Origin: Fluviicola sp.
Lineage (GTDB): Bacteria; Bacteroidota; Bacteroidia; Flavobacteriales_D; Crocinitomicaceae
Length of the DNA: 64,000 nucleotides
NCBI GenBank assembly: GCA_002734065.2
Contig: NVXU02000044.1
Span: forward strand, 1,678 to 65,677
Reading direction: 5' to 3'
Part shown: piece by piece, positions 27,893 through 37,782 of the stretch
How the letters are laid out: each line of letters starts with the position of its first letter
Numbering within the stretch: position 1 is the stretch's first letter
Notes under the pieces: generated by a model
What the model was told of the DNA's origin: nothing
The model's database searches: none
The model's input: only the letters and a program-made list of their open reading frames with translations
Made by a program: the position numbers and the translations under genes

Positions 27893-28501
27893 TTATCCTT
27901 TCCTATAAAAATTCATCTCATCAACATACTTAAAAACAGGCGGCGACAACAAATACTGCACGTCTTTCTTGTTTTTTATCGCTTGGCGAATAAAACTAGA
28001 CGAAATTTTCATTATCGGGACATCTTTACAAAAAATAACGTTGTCATGGTTCTTAACAGAATCGATGGCTGTTGTTTTCTTTTCTAATTCTTGCTCCGTA
28101 TAAACCCGAGGATAGACGTACACCTGATGATTGTCTATAATTTCTTCATAGTTTCTCCATTTATGAAAGGTTCTAAGGTTATCTTCTCCCATTAACAAAG
28201 AAAACACATGCTCCGGATACTTTTCTTCTAAATAAGCCAGAGTGGTAACGGTATAACTTGGCTGTGAAAGCTTAAACTCAATGTCGCAAGAGCGCAGTTT
28301 ATTGTTTGACTCTATGGCAACATTTACCAAGGCCAAGCGATGATAATCTTCGAGCAATGATGCTTTTTTCTTGAGTGGATTCTGCGGAGAGACAACCAAC
28401 CAAACTTGATCAAAATCCGTGTATTCTGCCATATAATTGACAATAATCAAATGACCTATATGAATAGGATTAAATGACCCGAAATACAGTCCAATTTTCA
28501 T
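27893..28501 (-). CDS. nadD: nicotinate-nucleotide adenylyltransferase
   Basis: GLYFGSFNPIHIGH motif; start set to MKIGLYF giving ATGA overlap with gmk stop. Confidence 0.9.
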   Translation of the reverse strand: MKIGLYFGSFNPIHIGHLIIVNYMAEYTDFDQVWLVVSPQNPLKKKASLLEDYHRLALVNVAIESNNKLRSCDIEFKLSQPSYTVTTLAYLEEKYPEHVFSLLMGEDNLRTFHKWRNYEEIIDNHQVYVYPRVYTEQELEKKTTAIDSVKNHDNVIFCKDVPIMKISSSFIRQAIKNKKDVQYLLSPPVFKYVDEMNFYRKG

Positions 28502-29079
28502 TTTTTTTGTAAAAATTCGCCAACTAGCTGCTCTGCTTTGTTGCAAGCCTCTTTAAGGTTATCGTTGATTAAAACAGCGTCAAATTCTGAAGAAAAAGCC
28601 ATTTCCTTATGCGCTTTCTCCATGCGTTGATTAATTTTTTCTTCTGATTCGGTGCTTCGTCCACGCAAACGCTTTTCCAATTCCTCATAAGATGGAGGTT
28701 GTACAAAAACAGCAAAAGCATCGTCTTGAAATTGCTTTTTAAGATTCAATCCACCGATTACGTCAACATCAAAAATCACTGTTTTTCCTTCGCTCCAAAT
28801 TCGTTCCATCTCTGACTTCAATGTTCCGTAAAAATTATTGGAATAAACTTCTTCCCATTCTACAAAGGCATCTTTCTCTATCAATTCTTTAAACTTTTCA
28901 ACGCCCAAAAAATAATAATCAGAGCCGTCAACTTCTTGTGGACGCGGTTCCCGACTGCATGCAGAAACGGAGAATTCTAAACCAAAATTTTGCTCCAACA
29001 AATGATGCACAATCGTTGTCTTGCCAGCACCTGATGGTGCCGAAAAAATAATGCATTTACCTTTGTTTTTTAACAACAT
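28498..29079 (-). CDS. gmk: guanylate kinase
   Basis: P-loop SAPSGAGKTT and Gmk-type sequence, 193 aa. Confidence 0.95.
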   Translation of the reverse strand: MLLKNKGKCIIFSAPSGAGKTTIVHHLLEQNFGLEFSVSACSREPRPQEVDGSDYYFLGVEKFKELIEKDAFVEWEEVYSNNFYGTLKSEMERIWSEGKTVIFDVDVIGGLNLKKQFQDDAFAVFVQPPSYEELEKRLRGRSTESEEKINQRMEKAHKEMAFSSEFDAVLINDNLKEACNKAEQLVGEFLQKK

Positions 29080-29099
29080 CTTATTCTCTACGAGAGATT

Positions 29100-29966
29100 T
29101 TACAAAGTGTTCAAAATTTGCTCTTTTATTTTCTCCAAATTATCTTTCATACCAATAACCAACTTCTGCATCTCCGCGTGATTGCTCTTGCTTCCTAAAG
29201 TGTTAATTTCTCTCCCTATTTCTTGCGCAATGAATCCTAGTTTCTTCCCTGATTGCTCCAATTGCATCGTTTCTTCAAAGTAAGTCAAGTGATTTGCCAA
29301 GCGCATTTTTTCTTCAGCTACATCTAATTTCTCAATGTAAAAAATCATCTCTTGCTCCAGTCGATTGTCGTCATAAGTTCCCGATTGAATGTCTTCCAAA
29401 CCCTTTTTCATTCTTTCTTTGACATTGTCTATTCTTTCTTGCTCATATTTTGGAACTTCTTTGAGTAAGTTGCTAATATCCGTTATTCTTTCTTTGAATT
29501 CTCTCTCTAAATCCTCTCCTTCCTTTCTTCGGAAATCGTTGAGACTCTCAATTGCTTCAGATGCTATCTTTAGAACTTCTTTTTGCTCGTCTTCGCTCAA
29601 TTCTTCTTTTTCTGAAGAATAAATGTCTGGCATTCTCAAAATTAACGACAAATAATCTTCCGTTTTCTCTCCCAAGGAATCGTTAAGACTCTTGAGTTCT
29701 TTGTAGTAGAATTTTGCCAACTCTTGATTGATAGAGGTTTCACTATTTGCACCAACTAAGTCGTAATTCAACGAAAAATCAATTTTTCCTCGCCCTGCAC
29801 TTGCTGAAATCAATTTTCTAATTTGCGGATCTAATTCTTTATACAAAGAAGGAACTCGAATATTTAAGTCTAAGGACTTGCTATTGAGCGAGCGAATTTC
29901 TATAGATATTTTTCTGGTTTGAGAAATGCCTGTAGCTTTTCCAAAGCCCGTCATTGATTTTAACAT
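29100..29966 (-). CDS. yicC: YicC-family stress-induced protein
   Basis: MLKSMTGFG N-terminus and C-terminal EIGREINTLGSK motif. Confidence 0.85.
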   Translation of the reverse strand: MLKSMTGFGKATGISQTRKISIEIRSLNSKSLDLNIRVPSLYKELDPQIRKLISASAGRGKIDFSLNYDLVGANSETSINQELAKFYYKELKSLNDSLGEKTEDYLSLILRMPDIYSSEKEELSEDEQKEVLKIASEAIESLNDFRRKEGEDLEREFKERITDISNLLKEVPKYEQERIDNVKERMKKGLEDIQSGTYDDNRLEQEMIFYIEKLDVAEEKMRLANHLTYFEETMQLEQSGKKLGFIAQEIGREINTLGSKSNHAEMQKLVIGMKDNLEKIKEQILNTL

Positions 29967-30124
29967 AGAATTATTTTGTACAAAAGTAAGAATTCTATGT
30001 TATATCCTAGTGCCCTTCTATCAAAAGAATTCTTACAGCTTAATGACTTTTAGTTTTTGATTTGCCAACGAAAAAATGAAAACACCCTCTTTTAATTTTT
30101 CTAAATCTACCTGAGTTTCGTTGT

Positions 30125-33100
30125 TTATTTTTTTACTATTCTTGTTTGATAAATCTCATCACCAGAGATTAATACAAGGAAATAGATGGCAGGCTTCAAT
30201 CCTGAAATGTCGATAGTGTTAGTTTGCTTCGCTTGATAAACGACCCTTCCATTTAAGTCTAAAAGCTGAATCGAGTTAACGAGAATTCCGTTAAAATCAA
30301 TTTTCAACTCCCCAATGGTAGGATTAGGGTAGATGCGAATTGTTTCCATTCCATGAAGCGGCACGGCTAAACTTTCTTCGATTGTTATATAAACAGAGGC
30401 TACTGAAGGGCAATTTCCGTTTGTCGTGTAAACGATTTGGTAAGGGCCTCCAACTAGACTGGTTACTAAATCTATTTCACCAGTTATTGAATTAAGGGTT
30501 ACATTTCCCGTGCTTTCTGAGAATGATCCTCCTGTTAACCCTGTGACAGTTGGAAGTGGATTAGGATCTGTGCTAATGTAGGTTGGCTGACCATAGCTAA
30601 ATGAAGGGTCATCCTGCGCAGTGATTTCAACCTGAAAAGTAGACGAAGCAGATATGCATCCACCAGATGCTGCTATGAAATTCGTTACTGCATACACATT
30701 TGGTGTACTCCCCATTGGGGCTATTTCTCCTGTTGAAGAGTTAATACTTAATCCCGATGGTGTGGCAGAAAATACTCCACCGCTAGTTCCTGCGCCAAAT
30801 TGCGGTAGTGAGTTTAGGTCATCTTCACAATAAGTGGGTTGTGAATATGTAAAAGTAGCATCGGGCGAATTTGTGATGACCAAATTAAAATCGATTGAGT
30901 TGGCACAGTTTCCATTTGTGAGGTAAGAAATTGTATAGTTTCCAATACCACTTGCAGGAATATCAATCTCACCTGTGGATGAGTTTATCACAATACCATT
31001 TGTGCCTGAGAAAACTCCCCCGCCCAATCCAAGAATCGTAGGAATAGGATTAGCCCCCGAAAGACAGAATGTACCCGATGGATAAAAGAATGATGCATCA
31101 TCTAATTGGTTGATCGTTATTGTGGAGCTTGTGGAGTCAGGACAAACTCCACTTGTTAAGTATTTGATCGTGTAAGTATTAGGTATGCTAGTATTTAAGT
31201 TTAATTCACCTGTGAGTGGGTTCATAACCAATCCAGCAGGTAGCGAAGTGAAAGTGCCTCCTGGTGTACCCATTATTGATGGTGTTGGATTTACCTCGTT
31301 CTGGCAATAATTACTCGCTGTGTATGCTATGGTAGCAGCATCTCCAGCTACTATATTTACGTTTACTTGTGACGATACAGAGCAAACTCCATTCGTTTGG
31401 TAGTTGATTAGATAAGTGTTTGGTACGCTCAATGAGAAATCTATTTCTCCTGTCGAAGGATTGATTGATAATCCAGCAGGAGTTGCCGAGAAAGTTCCGC
31501 CTAAAGTTCCTGTAATTGACGGGAGCGAATTTGGATCATTTTCGCAATAATTTAAGGAAGCAAGGGTAAAACTAGCGTCATCAATGGCATTAATCGTAAT
31601 TGTACCAGCAATAGAATCAGGGCATGCTCCGTTTGTTATGTATTTAATCGTGTAAGCTGCTGGAGTGCTTAAAGAAAGGTCAATTTCTCCTGTTGAAGTA
31701 TTAATCACTAATCCCATAGGACTTGCGGAAAAAGTACCTCCTAGCGTTCCTGTTATAGAAGGAATAGGGTTCGCTTCTCCCTTGCAGTATGACAAGCTAG
31801 TGTATGAAAAACTAGCATTATCATTAGTAAGTAAGAATAATGACGTATTAGTTGTGTCAGGACAAGTTCCAGGTGAAGCATAATAAATAGTATATGGGCC
31901 AACAGAACTTGTGGATAGGTTAATTTCTCCGGTAGAAGAATTAATTGAAAGTCCATTTGTTCCGAAAAACGAACCTCCTGAATTTCCAGTGATTATCGGG
32001 GTAGGATTCAACCCAGAAACACAAAATGATGATGATGAATAGCTAAAAGAGGCATCTTCCTGAGGGTCTATTTGAACACTAAGACTTACCGTGTCTGGGC
32101 ACGCTCCTGCTATGATATAAGAAACAGAATAAATGGATGGTGTACTAGTAGATAAGTCAATCACACCTGATGAAGGGTTGATTGATAAACCAACGGGTGT
32201 TGAAGAAAAAACGCCACCAAGACTACCTGTTATTGTTGGCGAAGGATTAACTCCTCCCGAACAATAATTAGCGTTAGAATAAGAAAAGCTTGCGTCACCA
32301 TTTGGTGAAATTGAACTTATCGTAGTGCTTGCTGTAGGAATAGAACGACACTGTGTTTGAGTATCTAAAAGGGACAACTCATAAGTGCCGTTTCCCTGTG
32401 TAAGGAAAAAATTATAGTTCAAGTCATCAAACGTTTGCTGAACGCCATTGTAATACCAATTGAACCTAAAGGCCGATCCAGTATTTAATGATTGCAAATA
32501 GCCTTGGTCGTTTACGCAATTTCCCACAAAATTATTCACGATATAAGTATCGATGGTTCGATAACCACTAAAATTGAAAGCAACATCAACAGTACATCCG
32601 TTTCCAGCATCAACTGTCATTCCGAGATTTAAAGGAGTAGTAACACCATTTCCTCCCCAGATATAAATGGAATCAGCATTCGTTCCAAAGGGGCTGTTCC
32701 ACCAAGAATAAGCACTGGCATACTCGCTAGAAATGTTAAAAAACACGGTGTCATTAGGACAAACAGCATTTGCCCAGTTTAATCCTGTCATTGTAGCATT
32801 GACCTCTGGAGGAATACACACGCGCTGAGTCATCGTAGAATCAGCAGTTTTAAATGTTGAAATTGTAAATGTGTTATTGTCGGTAAGTCGCATTTTTGGA
32901 TTGCTTGATTCAGAATGTGTTTCGTAGGTGAAGTCAACCCAATTATATGAGTTTCCAATGAGTCTTCTTCGCTGTACTCGTATTGAATCTCCCGCTGCAT
33001 TTGAGCAAATATAAAGACTCGTATCACTTGCCATTTGAATGTCGGTATAATACGTATTGATAATCGAAGATAATTCATTTCCGTTCGCATCAAAAACTTT

Positions 33101-33991
33101 GATTGTATTTGCGTTCATTGCACGTACATATCTTCCATCTGAGAAACGCCAGTACTTCAGCCTAGTGGTTACAAATAATGAAGATGTATTTTGAAAATTT
33201 ACTGTTTCATTGAGTAAGCCAGATGATTTACTATATCGTTGCTTAGATGTAAAACTGTACACTGAAACATTAGCCCCTTCAATTAGTAGAACGGCATCCA
33301 TCTCTCCAGATGTCTGAGGAACTTTTGACCAAGCGAATGCACCTGTATTTGTGTACTTTATAAGAATGTTAGTCCCCGGAACGCCAATTAAAGCCGCATT
33401 CGTCTCTCCCAAAACAAACACATTATTTGCAGCATCTATTTTCATCTTATATGCGATATCATCGACTGAACTCCCTCCATCAAAAGATTTGGCCCAATCT
33501 AATATGCCAGATGTTAAGTATTTTAGCACCATGATGTTTTTTTCATCTGCACTAACTGCATTTGTACTATATCCAACAATAAAAACGTCTCCTGTTGTAC
33601 GATTAACCTCCATGCCAATTGCTGTAGTAGAAAGAATAGCACTGGAATATTGAGATGTCCACAATAATGTACCTGTAGGACTGTATTTTTTAACCATTAC
33701 GGCGGTGCTATTTTGAGTGTTTAGAACCACATAGGTGTTACCACTATTGTCGTATTCAACCTTTAAACCACCACCTGAACTGTAGGTGTCATAGAAAATA
33801 AGTGCTCCAGTATTATCGTGTTTCGAGACAAACGAACCTGTTGCATATACGTTGCCCGAAGGGTCAGCGATTGAATGCACAGGACTTGCTCCATTAAAGT
33901 ATGTTTCTAATGTTTCCCAAACCTTAGTTGGATTTTGAGAGAACCCTATAACACTTAGTACAAGCATCGCAATAGCTAACAAATATTTCAT
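30125..33991 (-). CDS. giant secreted protein with beta-propeller-like N-terminal region, 8 tandem ~80-aa repeats and T9SS type A C-terminal sorting domain
   Basis: Signal peptide; SBBP-like repeats (NSGNTYVV, TGDVFIVG); C-terminus IYPNPTIGELKIDF ... AIYFLVLISGDEIYQTRIVKK resembles Por_Secre_tail (TIGR04183). Confidence 0.85.
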   Translation of the reverse strand: MKYLLAIAMLVLSVIGFSQNPTKVWETLETYFNGASPVHSIADPSGNVYATGSFVSKHDNTGALIFYDTYSSGGGLKVEYDNSGNTYVVLNTQNSTAVMVKKYSPTGTLLWTSQYSSAILSTTAIGMEVNRTTGDVFIVGYSTNAVSADEKNIMVLKYLTSGILDWAKSFDGGSSVDDIAYKMKIDAANNVFVLGETNAALIGVPGTNILIKYTNTGAFAWSKVPQTSGEMDAVLLIEGANVSVYSFTSKQRYSKSSGLLNETVNFQNTSSLFVTTRLKYWRFSDGRYVRAMNANTIKVFDANGNELSSIINTYYTDIQMASDTSLYICSNAAGDSIRVQRRRLIGNSYNWVDFTYETHSESSNPKMRLTDNNTFTISTFKTADSTMTQRVCIPPEVNATMTGLNWANAVCPNDTVFFNISSEYASAYSWWNSPFGTNADSIYIWGGNGVTTPLNLGMTVDAGNGCTVDVAFNFSGYRTIDTYIVNNFVGNCVNDQGYLQSLNTGSAFRFNWYYNGVQQTFDDLNYNFFLTQGNGTYELSLLDTQTQCRSIPTASTTISSISPNGDASFSYSNANYCSGGVNPSPTITGSLGGVFSSTPVGLSINPSSGVIDLSTSTPSIYSVSYIIAGACPDTVSLSVQIDPQEDASFSYSSSSFCVSGLNPTPIITGNSGGSFFGTNGLSINSSTGEINLSTSSVGPYTIYYASPGTCPDTTNTSLFLLTNDNASFSYTSLSYCKGEANPIPSITGTLGGTFSASPMGLVINTSTGEIDLSLSTPAAYTIKYITNGACPDSIAGTITINAIDDASFTLASLNYCENDPNSLPSITGTLGGTFSATPAGLSINPSTGEIDFSLSVPNTYLINYQTNGVCSVSSQVNVNIVAGDAATIAYTASNYCQNEVNPTPSIMGTPGGTFTSLPAGLVMNPLTGELNLNTSIPNTYTIKYLTSGVCPDSTSSTITINQLDDASFFYPSGTFCLSGANPIPTILGLGGGVFSGTNGIVINSSTGEIDIPASGIGNYTISYLTNGNCANSIDFNLVITNSPDATFTYSQPTYCEDDLNSLPQFGAGTSGGVFSATPSGLSINSSTGEIAPMGSTPNVYAVTNFIAASGGCISASSTFQVEITAQDDPSFSYGQPTYISTDPNPLPTVTGLTGGSFSESTGNVTLNSITGEIDLVTSLVGGPYQIVYTTNGNCPSVASVYITIEESLAVPLHGMETIRIYPNPTIGELKIDFNGILVNSIQLLDLNGRVVYQAKQTNTIDISGLKPAIYFLVLISGDEIYQTRIVKK
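30374..32296 (-). repeat. 8 tandem in-frame ~80-aa (240-bp) Cys-bracketed repeats inside the 1288-aa protein
   Basis: Units follow D[AP][ST]F.Y....YC....NP.P.ITG..GG.FS..P.GL.IN..TGEIDL..S.P..Y.I.Y...G.CPD; boundaries mapped from codons for DASFSYS (32296) and ITIEE (30374). Confidence 0.85.
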
Positions 33992-34356
33992 AGATTGTAT
34001 GTTTTTTTATTTACATACAAAGTACGTTGATTACTATTGTTGATTTGTCATCAATTCTATCCAATTTGGTCTAAAATGGTTAATATTACGTGAATTGGAG
34101 GCTCATAAAAAGCTATTCTCATAGTAAAATTCTATTTTGCAAAAAAAAACTTAGTGAGCCCGTATGTGATAAGTGATTATACTCAATGAAAACAATTGAA
34201 TGTTTATTCACATACTTGTTTTATTCATTCTCTAGTCTAAAACACTCATGCCACCGACATCTTTTTTGCGCTTAGAGGTATTTTGTCTATCTTCGTCGAG
34301 AATTTGTTTGCTTTAATCGGACTACTTGTGAATTATTTAACTTCTTCTACTCAATT

Positions 34357-37300
34357 ATGATAAAGAAAATACTCCTTCTTTTTTGCCTTCTTTTTCAGCT
34401 GCAACTCACTGCGCAAATTGACACTGACTTTTGGTTTGCTGCTCCCGAAGTATCTGCTTCAGAAGGCGATAGTCCTATAGTATTGCGGTTTTTAACTTAT
34501 AACAATCCTGTTAATAACATTACCGTTTCCTTGCCAGCAAATGGTGGTTTTACTCCAATAAATATAACACTTGGAGCCAACCAAACAGGAAGCATTGACC
34601 TGACTCCTTTTATCGCAAGTATAGAAAGTCCAGCCGCAAATGTTGTGTCAAATAATGGAATTAGAATCGTAAGTGATCAGAATATTAGTGCGTATTACGA
34701 ATTAAACAACGCTTCCAACAAAGAAATCTTTACCTTAAAAGGTTCAAAGGCCTTGGGAGACAACTTTTATACTCCTTTTCAAACTTTTTGGGATAATTCT
34801 GCGACTACACCCGCCTCTTTTTCATCCATTGACATTGTTGCAACGGAGAATAACACCACTGTTTTAATTACCCCAAGAACGAACATTACTGGTAATGCAC
34901 AAGATGTTACCTTCTCTGTAGTCCTAAATCAAGGTGAAACATACAGCGCAAGAGACATGAATGTTACCGGTGCTTCAACGCTTGCGGGCTCTATTGTTTC
35001 CTCCGATAAACCAATCGCTTTAACATTGTTTAGTGGGAGTTTGAGTAATTCTACTTGCTCTAATGCAATGGGCGATCAAATAACGTCAGAAGTTTATACA
35101 GGGAGCAAGTACATTGTGCACAAAAGCACCTCTGGAAATGACCGTGTTTATATTTTGGCCACGCAGAATGGAACGAGCATAACAATCGATAATTCTGGAA
35201 CAACAACGACCCTTATTAACTGGGGTGAAACTTACGAAGTCGCTCTGAGCGATGCTATCAATTATATCAATGCCTCAAAACCTGTTTATGTTTGGCACGC
35301 ATCCGGTTATGGGTGTGAGTTGAGTGGTGCACAAGTTCCTCCAGTATTCTGCGCAGGAACTTATTCAACTGCTTTTACCAGAACTTCAACTGACTCATTA
35401 GGTTTGCTTCTTTACACACGGACAGGATTCGAAAATCAATTCGCGCTGAATGGCAGTCCTTTGTTGATTCCAGCAGGGGCATTCTCTCCTGTGCCAGGTA
35501 CAGCGGGGACTTTCCAAGTAGCATTGATTCACTACTCAACCGCTGACGTTCCTGTAAACTCTTACAATGAGGTGACCAATTCAGGCGATATTTTTGGGCT
35601 CGGTGTGATGAATGGCAACAGCGGAAGTGGCGCTTCTTATGGTTATCTTTCAGAGTTCGCTTCCTATCCATTTGTTAGTGGTGGGGCTGACGCATCAATC
35701 TGTGCCAATACTTCTCTCAACTTAACAGGGCTTGTTGGCGGAGGCTCGGTAACTGGTGTTTGGAGCGGAACGGGATTTGGAAGCTTTGCCAACCCAACAG
35801 ACCAACTTATCAATACTTATCTACCTAGTCCTTTGGACACTATTATTTCTCCCATTGAGCTTATTCTAACAACCACAGGTCCTTGCCCTGTTGTTCGTGA
35901 TACAATTACAATTACAGTGGAGCCAGCACCAATTGTTACGGCATCTGCTGATCAATCTTTGTGTGAGAACAACTCCAATGTTCAACTTGCTGGTGATGTT
36001 ACCGGAGGCGCAACAACTGGAGTTTGGGCGTCAACAGGTACTGGCGTTTTTAGTCCAAACAACACAACTTTTAACGCAATTTACACACCTTCAGCTGCAG
36101 ACTTAACTGCTGGGAGCGTTCAATTGGTTCTAACTTCTACAAATTTTGGTTCTTGCCTAACAGAGTCTGATACGATGGAGGTTGTCTTTTCACCACCACC
36201 AATAGTTGACTCTGGTGCCGATACCTTATACTCTTGTGAGAATAATTCTTTAGTGAATTTATCTGGAACAGTTTCTGGGGCAACAACAACGGGTAAATGG
36301 CTGTCAAGCGGGACTGGTGTTTTTAGTCCTGATAACCTAAGTTTATCTGCAAGCTACCAACCTTCTCCTGGAGATATATTACTAGGAAGTGTTCTTCTTC
36401 ATTTAGAATCTACCAGTAACTTAAGTTGCATCCCTGTATTAGACAGTGTTCTTATCATTTTTACTCCAGAACCTACTGTTAACGCAGGAACAAATTTCTT
36501 GACATGTACCAACAACGCAACAATAACATTAAACGGGGCTGTTGCTGGAGCAACGACAACTGGTGTTTGGACTGGAGGTGCAGGGGTTTATTCTCCCAAC
36601 GACACTGACCTAAACGCAACCTATACACCAACGGCTGGAGAAATAACTTCTGGAAATGTCTTTTTAACATTGACAACAACTAATAATGGTACTTGCCTTT
36701 CTGTAAATGACAACGTGCAAATAAGTTTTATTGCTCCCCCCACTGCTAATTTCAATTTCACCGAAGTATGTCTCAATAATCAATCTGTATTCACTGACTT
36801 CTCTTTGTCTGGTTTTGGCAACATAAGTAATTGGACTTGGGACTTCAACGATGGAACTAACTCAAACAATCAAGATGAAAATCACGTTTACACAACTCCT
36901 GGTGCTTATAATGTGCAATTACTTGTTACAACCAATGCTGGCTGTTCAGACTCAATTACTCAATTAGTGAATGTTTGGGAAGTTCCTGTTGCTGATTTCA
37001 GTTTTTCATCTAATTGCCCTAACAATCAAATAATTGTTGACTTTGTAGACCAATCCACAACCGTTTCTGACCCAATTAATTTTTGGTATTATGATTTTGG
37101 CGGACAAGGAACCACATCGACAGAAGACCCAACACAATTATTCTCGGCAAATGGGAACTATACGATTCTACACATCGTGGGAACTGCCAATGGTTGCTTT
37201 GACACAACTTCACAGCTGCTCACAGTTTCTCCTTTACCTGTAGCAAATTTTTCATACAACTTGAACACCTCCTCTAACGTAACGGCAGATGTTAATTTTG

Positions 37301-37782
37301 TTAACTCTTCAACAGATGCTGTGACCTATACTTGGAACTTTGGAAACGGCATCAGTTCTTCAGACATTAATCCGAGCATTACTTACTTTACCAACAATAA
37401 CTACATCATCACCTTATATGCTACTAGTGCTTTAGGTTGTGTTGATAGCACTTCGCAAATTATATTTATCGATAATATTGTTCCTCCTGAAGAAATAAAC
37501 ACCTTAATTCCAAACGCTATTTCACCAAATGGAGATGGTAAAAATGATGTTTGGAAACTGGACTTCTTGAATGTTCTTTATCCCAATGCCATTGTTCAAG
37601 TTTACAACGGATGGGGACAACAGCTTTTCGAATCAGAAGGTTACGCTGTCCCTTGGGATGGAACTTACAACGGTGAGAATGTACCTGACGGCAACTATTT
37701 CTACATCATTGACATTGGAGGAACAGGACAAGAAAGTGAAATCTTCAAGGGGGTTATCCTTGTGTTAAAAAGTAAAAACTAA
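34357..37782 (+). CDS. giant adhesin-like protein with T9SS type B C-terminal domain (gliding motility-associated CTD)
   Basis: Signal peptide; ~440-aa N-terminal domain; 4 x ~88-aa modules; 3 PKD-like domains (WDFNDGT, YDFGGQG, WNFGNG); C-terminus IPNAISPNGDGKNDVW ... GNYFYIID ... GVILVLK resembles TIGR04131. Confidence 0.85.
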   Translation: MIKKILLLFCLLFQLQLTAQIDTDFWFAAPEVSASEGDSPIVLRFLTYNNPVNNITVSLPANGGFTPINITLGANQTGSIDLTPFIASIESPAANVVSNNGIRIVSDQNISAYYELNNASNKEIFTLKGSKALGDNFYTPFQTFWDNSATTPASFSSIDIVATENNTTVLITPRTNITGNAQDVTFSVVLNQGETYSARDMNVTGASTLAGSIVSSDKPIALTLFSGSLSNSTCSNAMGDQITSEVYTGSKYIVHKSTSGNDRVYILATQNGTSITIDNSGTTTTLINWGETYEVALSDAINYINASKPVYVWHASGYGCELSGAQVPPVFCAGTYSTAFTRTSTDSLGLLLYTRTGFENQFALNGSPLLIPAGAFSPVPGTAGTFQVALIHYSTADVPVNSYNEVTNSGDIFGLGVMNGNSGSGASYGYLSEFASYPFVSGGADASICANTSLNLTGLVGGGSVTGVWSGTGFGSFANPTDQLINTYLPSPLDTIISPIELILTTTGPCPVVRDTITITVEPAPIVTASADQSLCENNSNVQLAGDVTGGATTGVWASTGTGVFSPNNTTFNAIYTPSAADLTAGSVQLVLTSTNFGSCLTESDTMEVVFSPPPIVDSGADTLYSCENNSLVNLSGTVSGATTTGKWLSSGTGVFSPDNLSLSASYQPSPGDILLGSVLLHLESTSNLSCIPVLDSVLIIFTPEPTVNAGTNFLTCTNNATITLNGAVAGATTTGVWTGGAGVYSPNDTDLNATYTPTAGEITSGNVFLTLTTTNNGTCLSVNDNVQISFIAPPTANFNFTEVCLNNQSVFTDFSLSGFGNISNWTWDFNDGTNSNNQDENHVYTTPGAYNVQLLVTTNAGCSDSITQLVNVWEVPVADFSFSSNCPNNQIIVDFVDQSTTVSDPINFWYYDFGGQGTTSTEDPTQLFSANGNYTILHIVGTANGCFDTTSQLLTVSPLPVANFSYNLNTSSNVTADVNFVNSSTDAVTYTWNFGNGISSSDINPSITYFTNNNYIITLYATSALGCVDSTSQIIFIDNIVPPEEINTLIPNAISPNGDGKNDVWKLDFLNVLYPNAIVQVYNGWGQQLFESEGYAVPWDGTYNGENVPDGNYFYIIDIGGTGQESEIFKGVILVLKSKN
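35680..36745 (+). repeat. 4 tandem ~88-aa Cys-bracketed modules
   Basis: Pattern AG.D...C.N....L.G.V.GATTTG.W...GTG.FSP......A.Y.PS..D...G.V.L.LT.T....C....D...I.F...P repeated 4 times; coordinates approximate. Confidence 0.7.

Noticed and set aside
33995-34020. 8-bp stem hairpin (ttgtatgt ... acatacaa) just upstream of the 1288-aa adhesin start, and a check of the 365-bp divergent region for inverton-type flanking inverted repeats.
   Set aside because: Only short AT-rich stems were found. No pair of longer inverted repeats brackets a promoter, so there is no evidence for an invertible switch.
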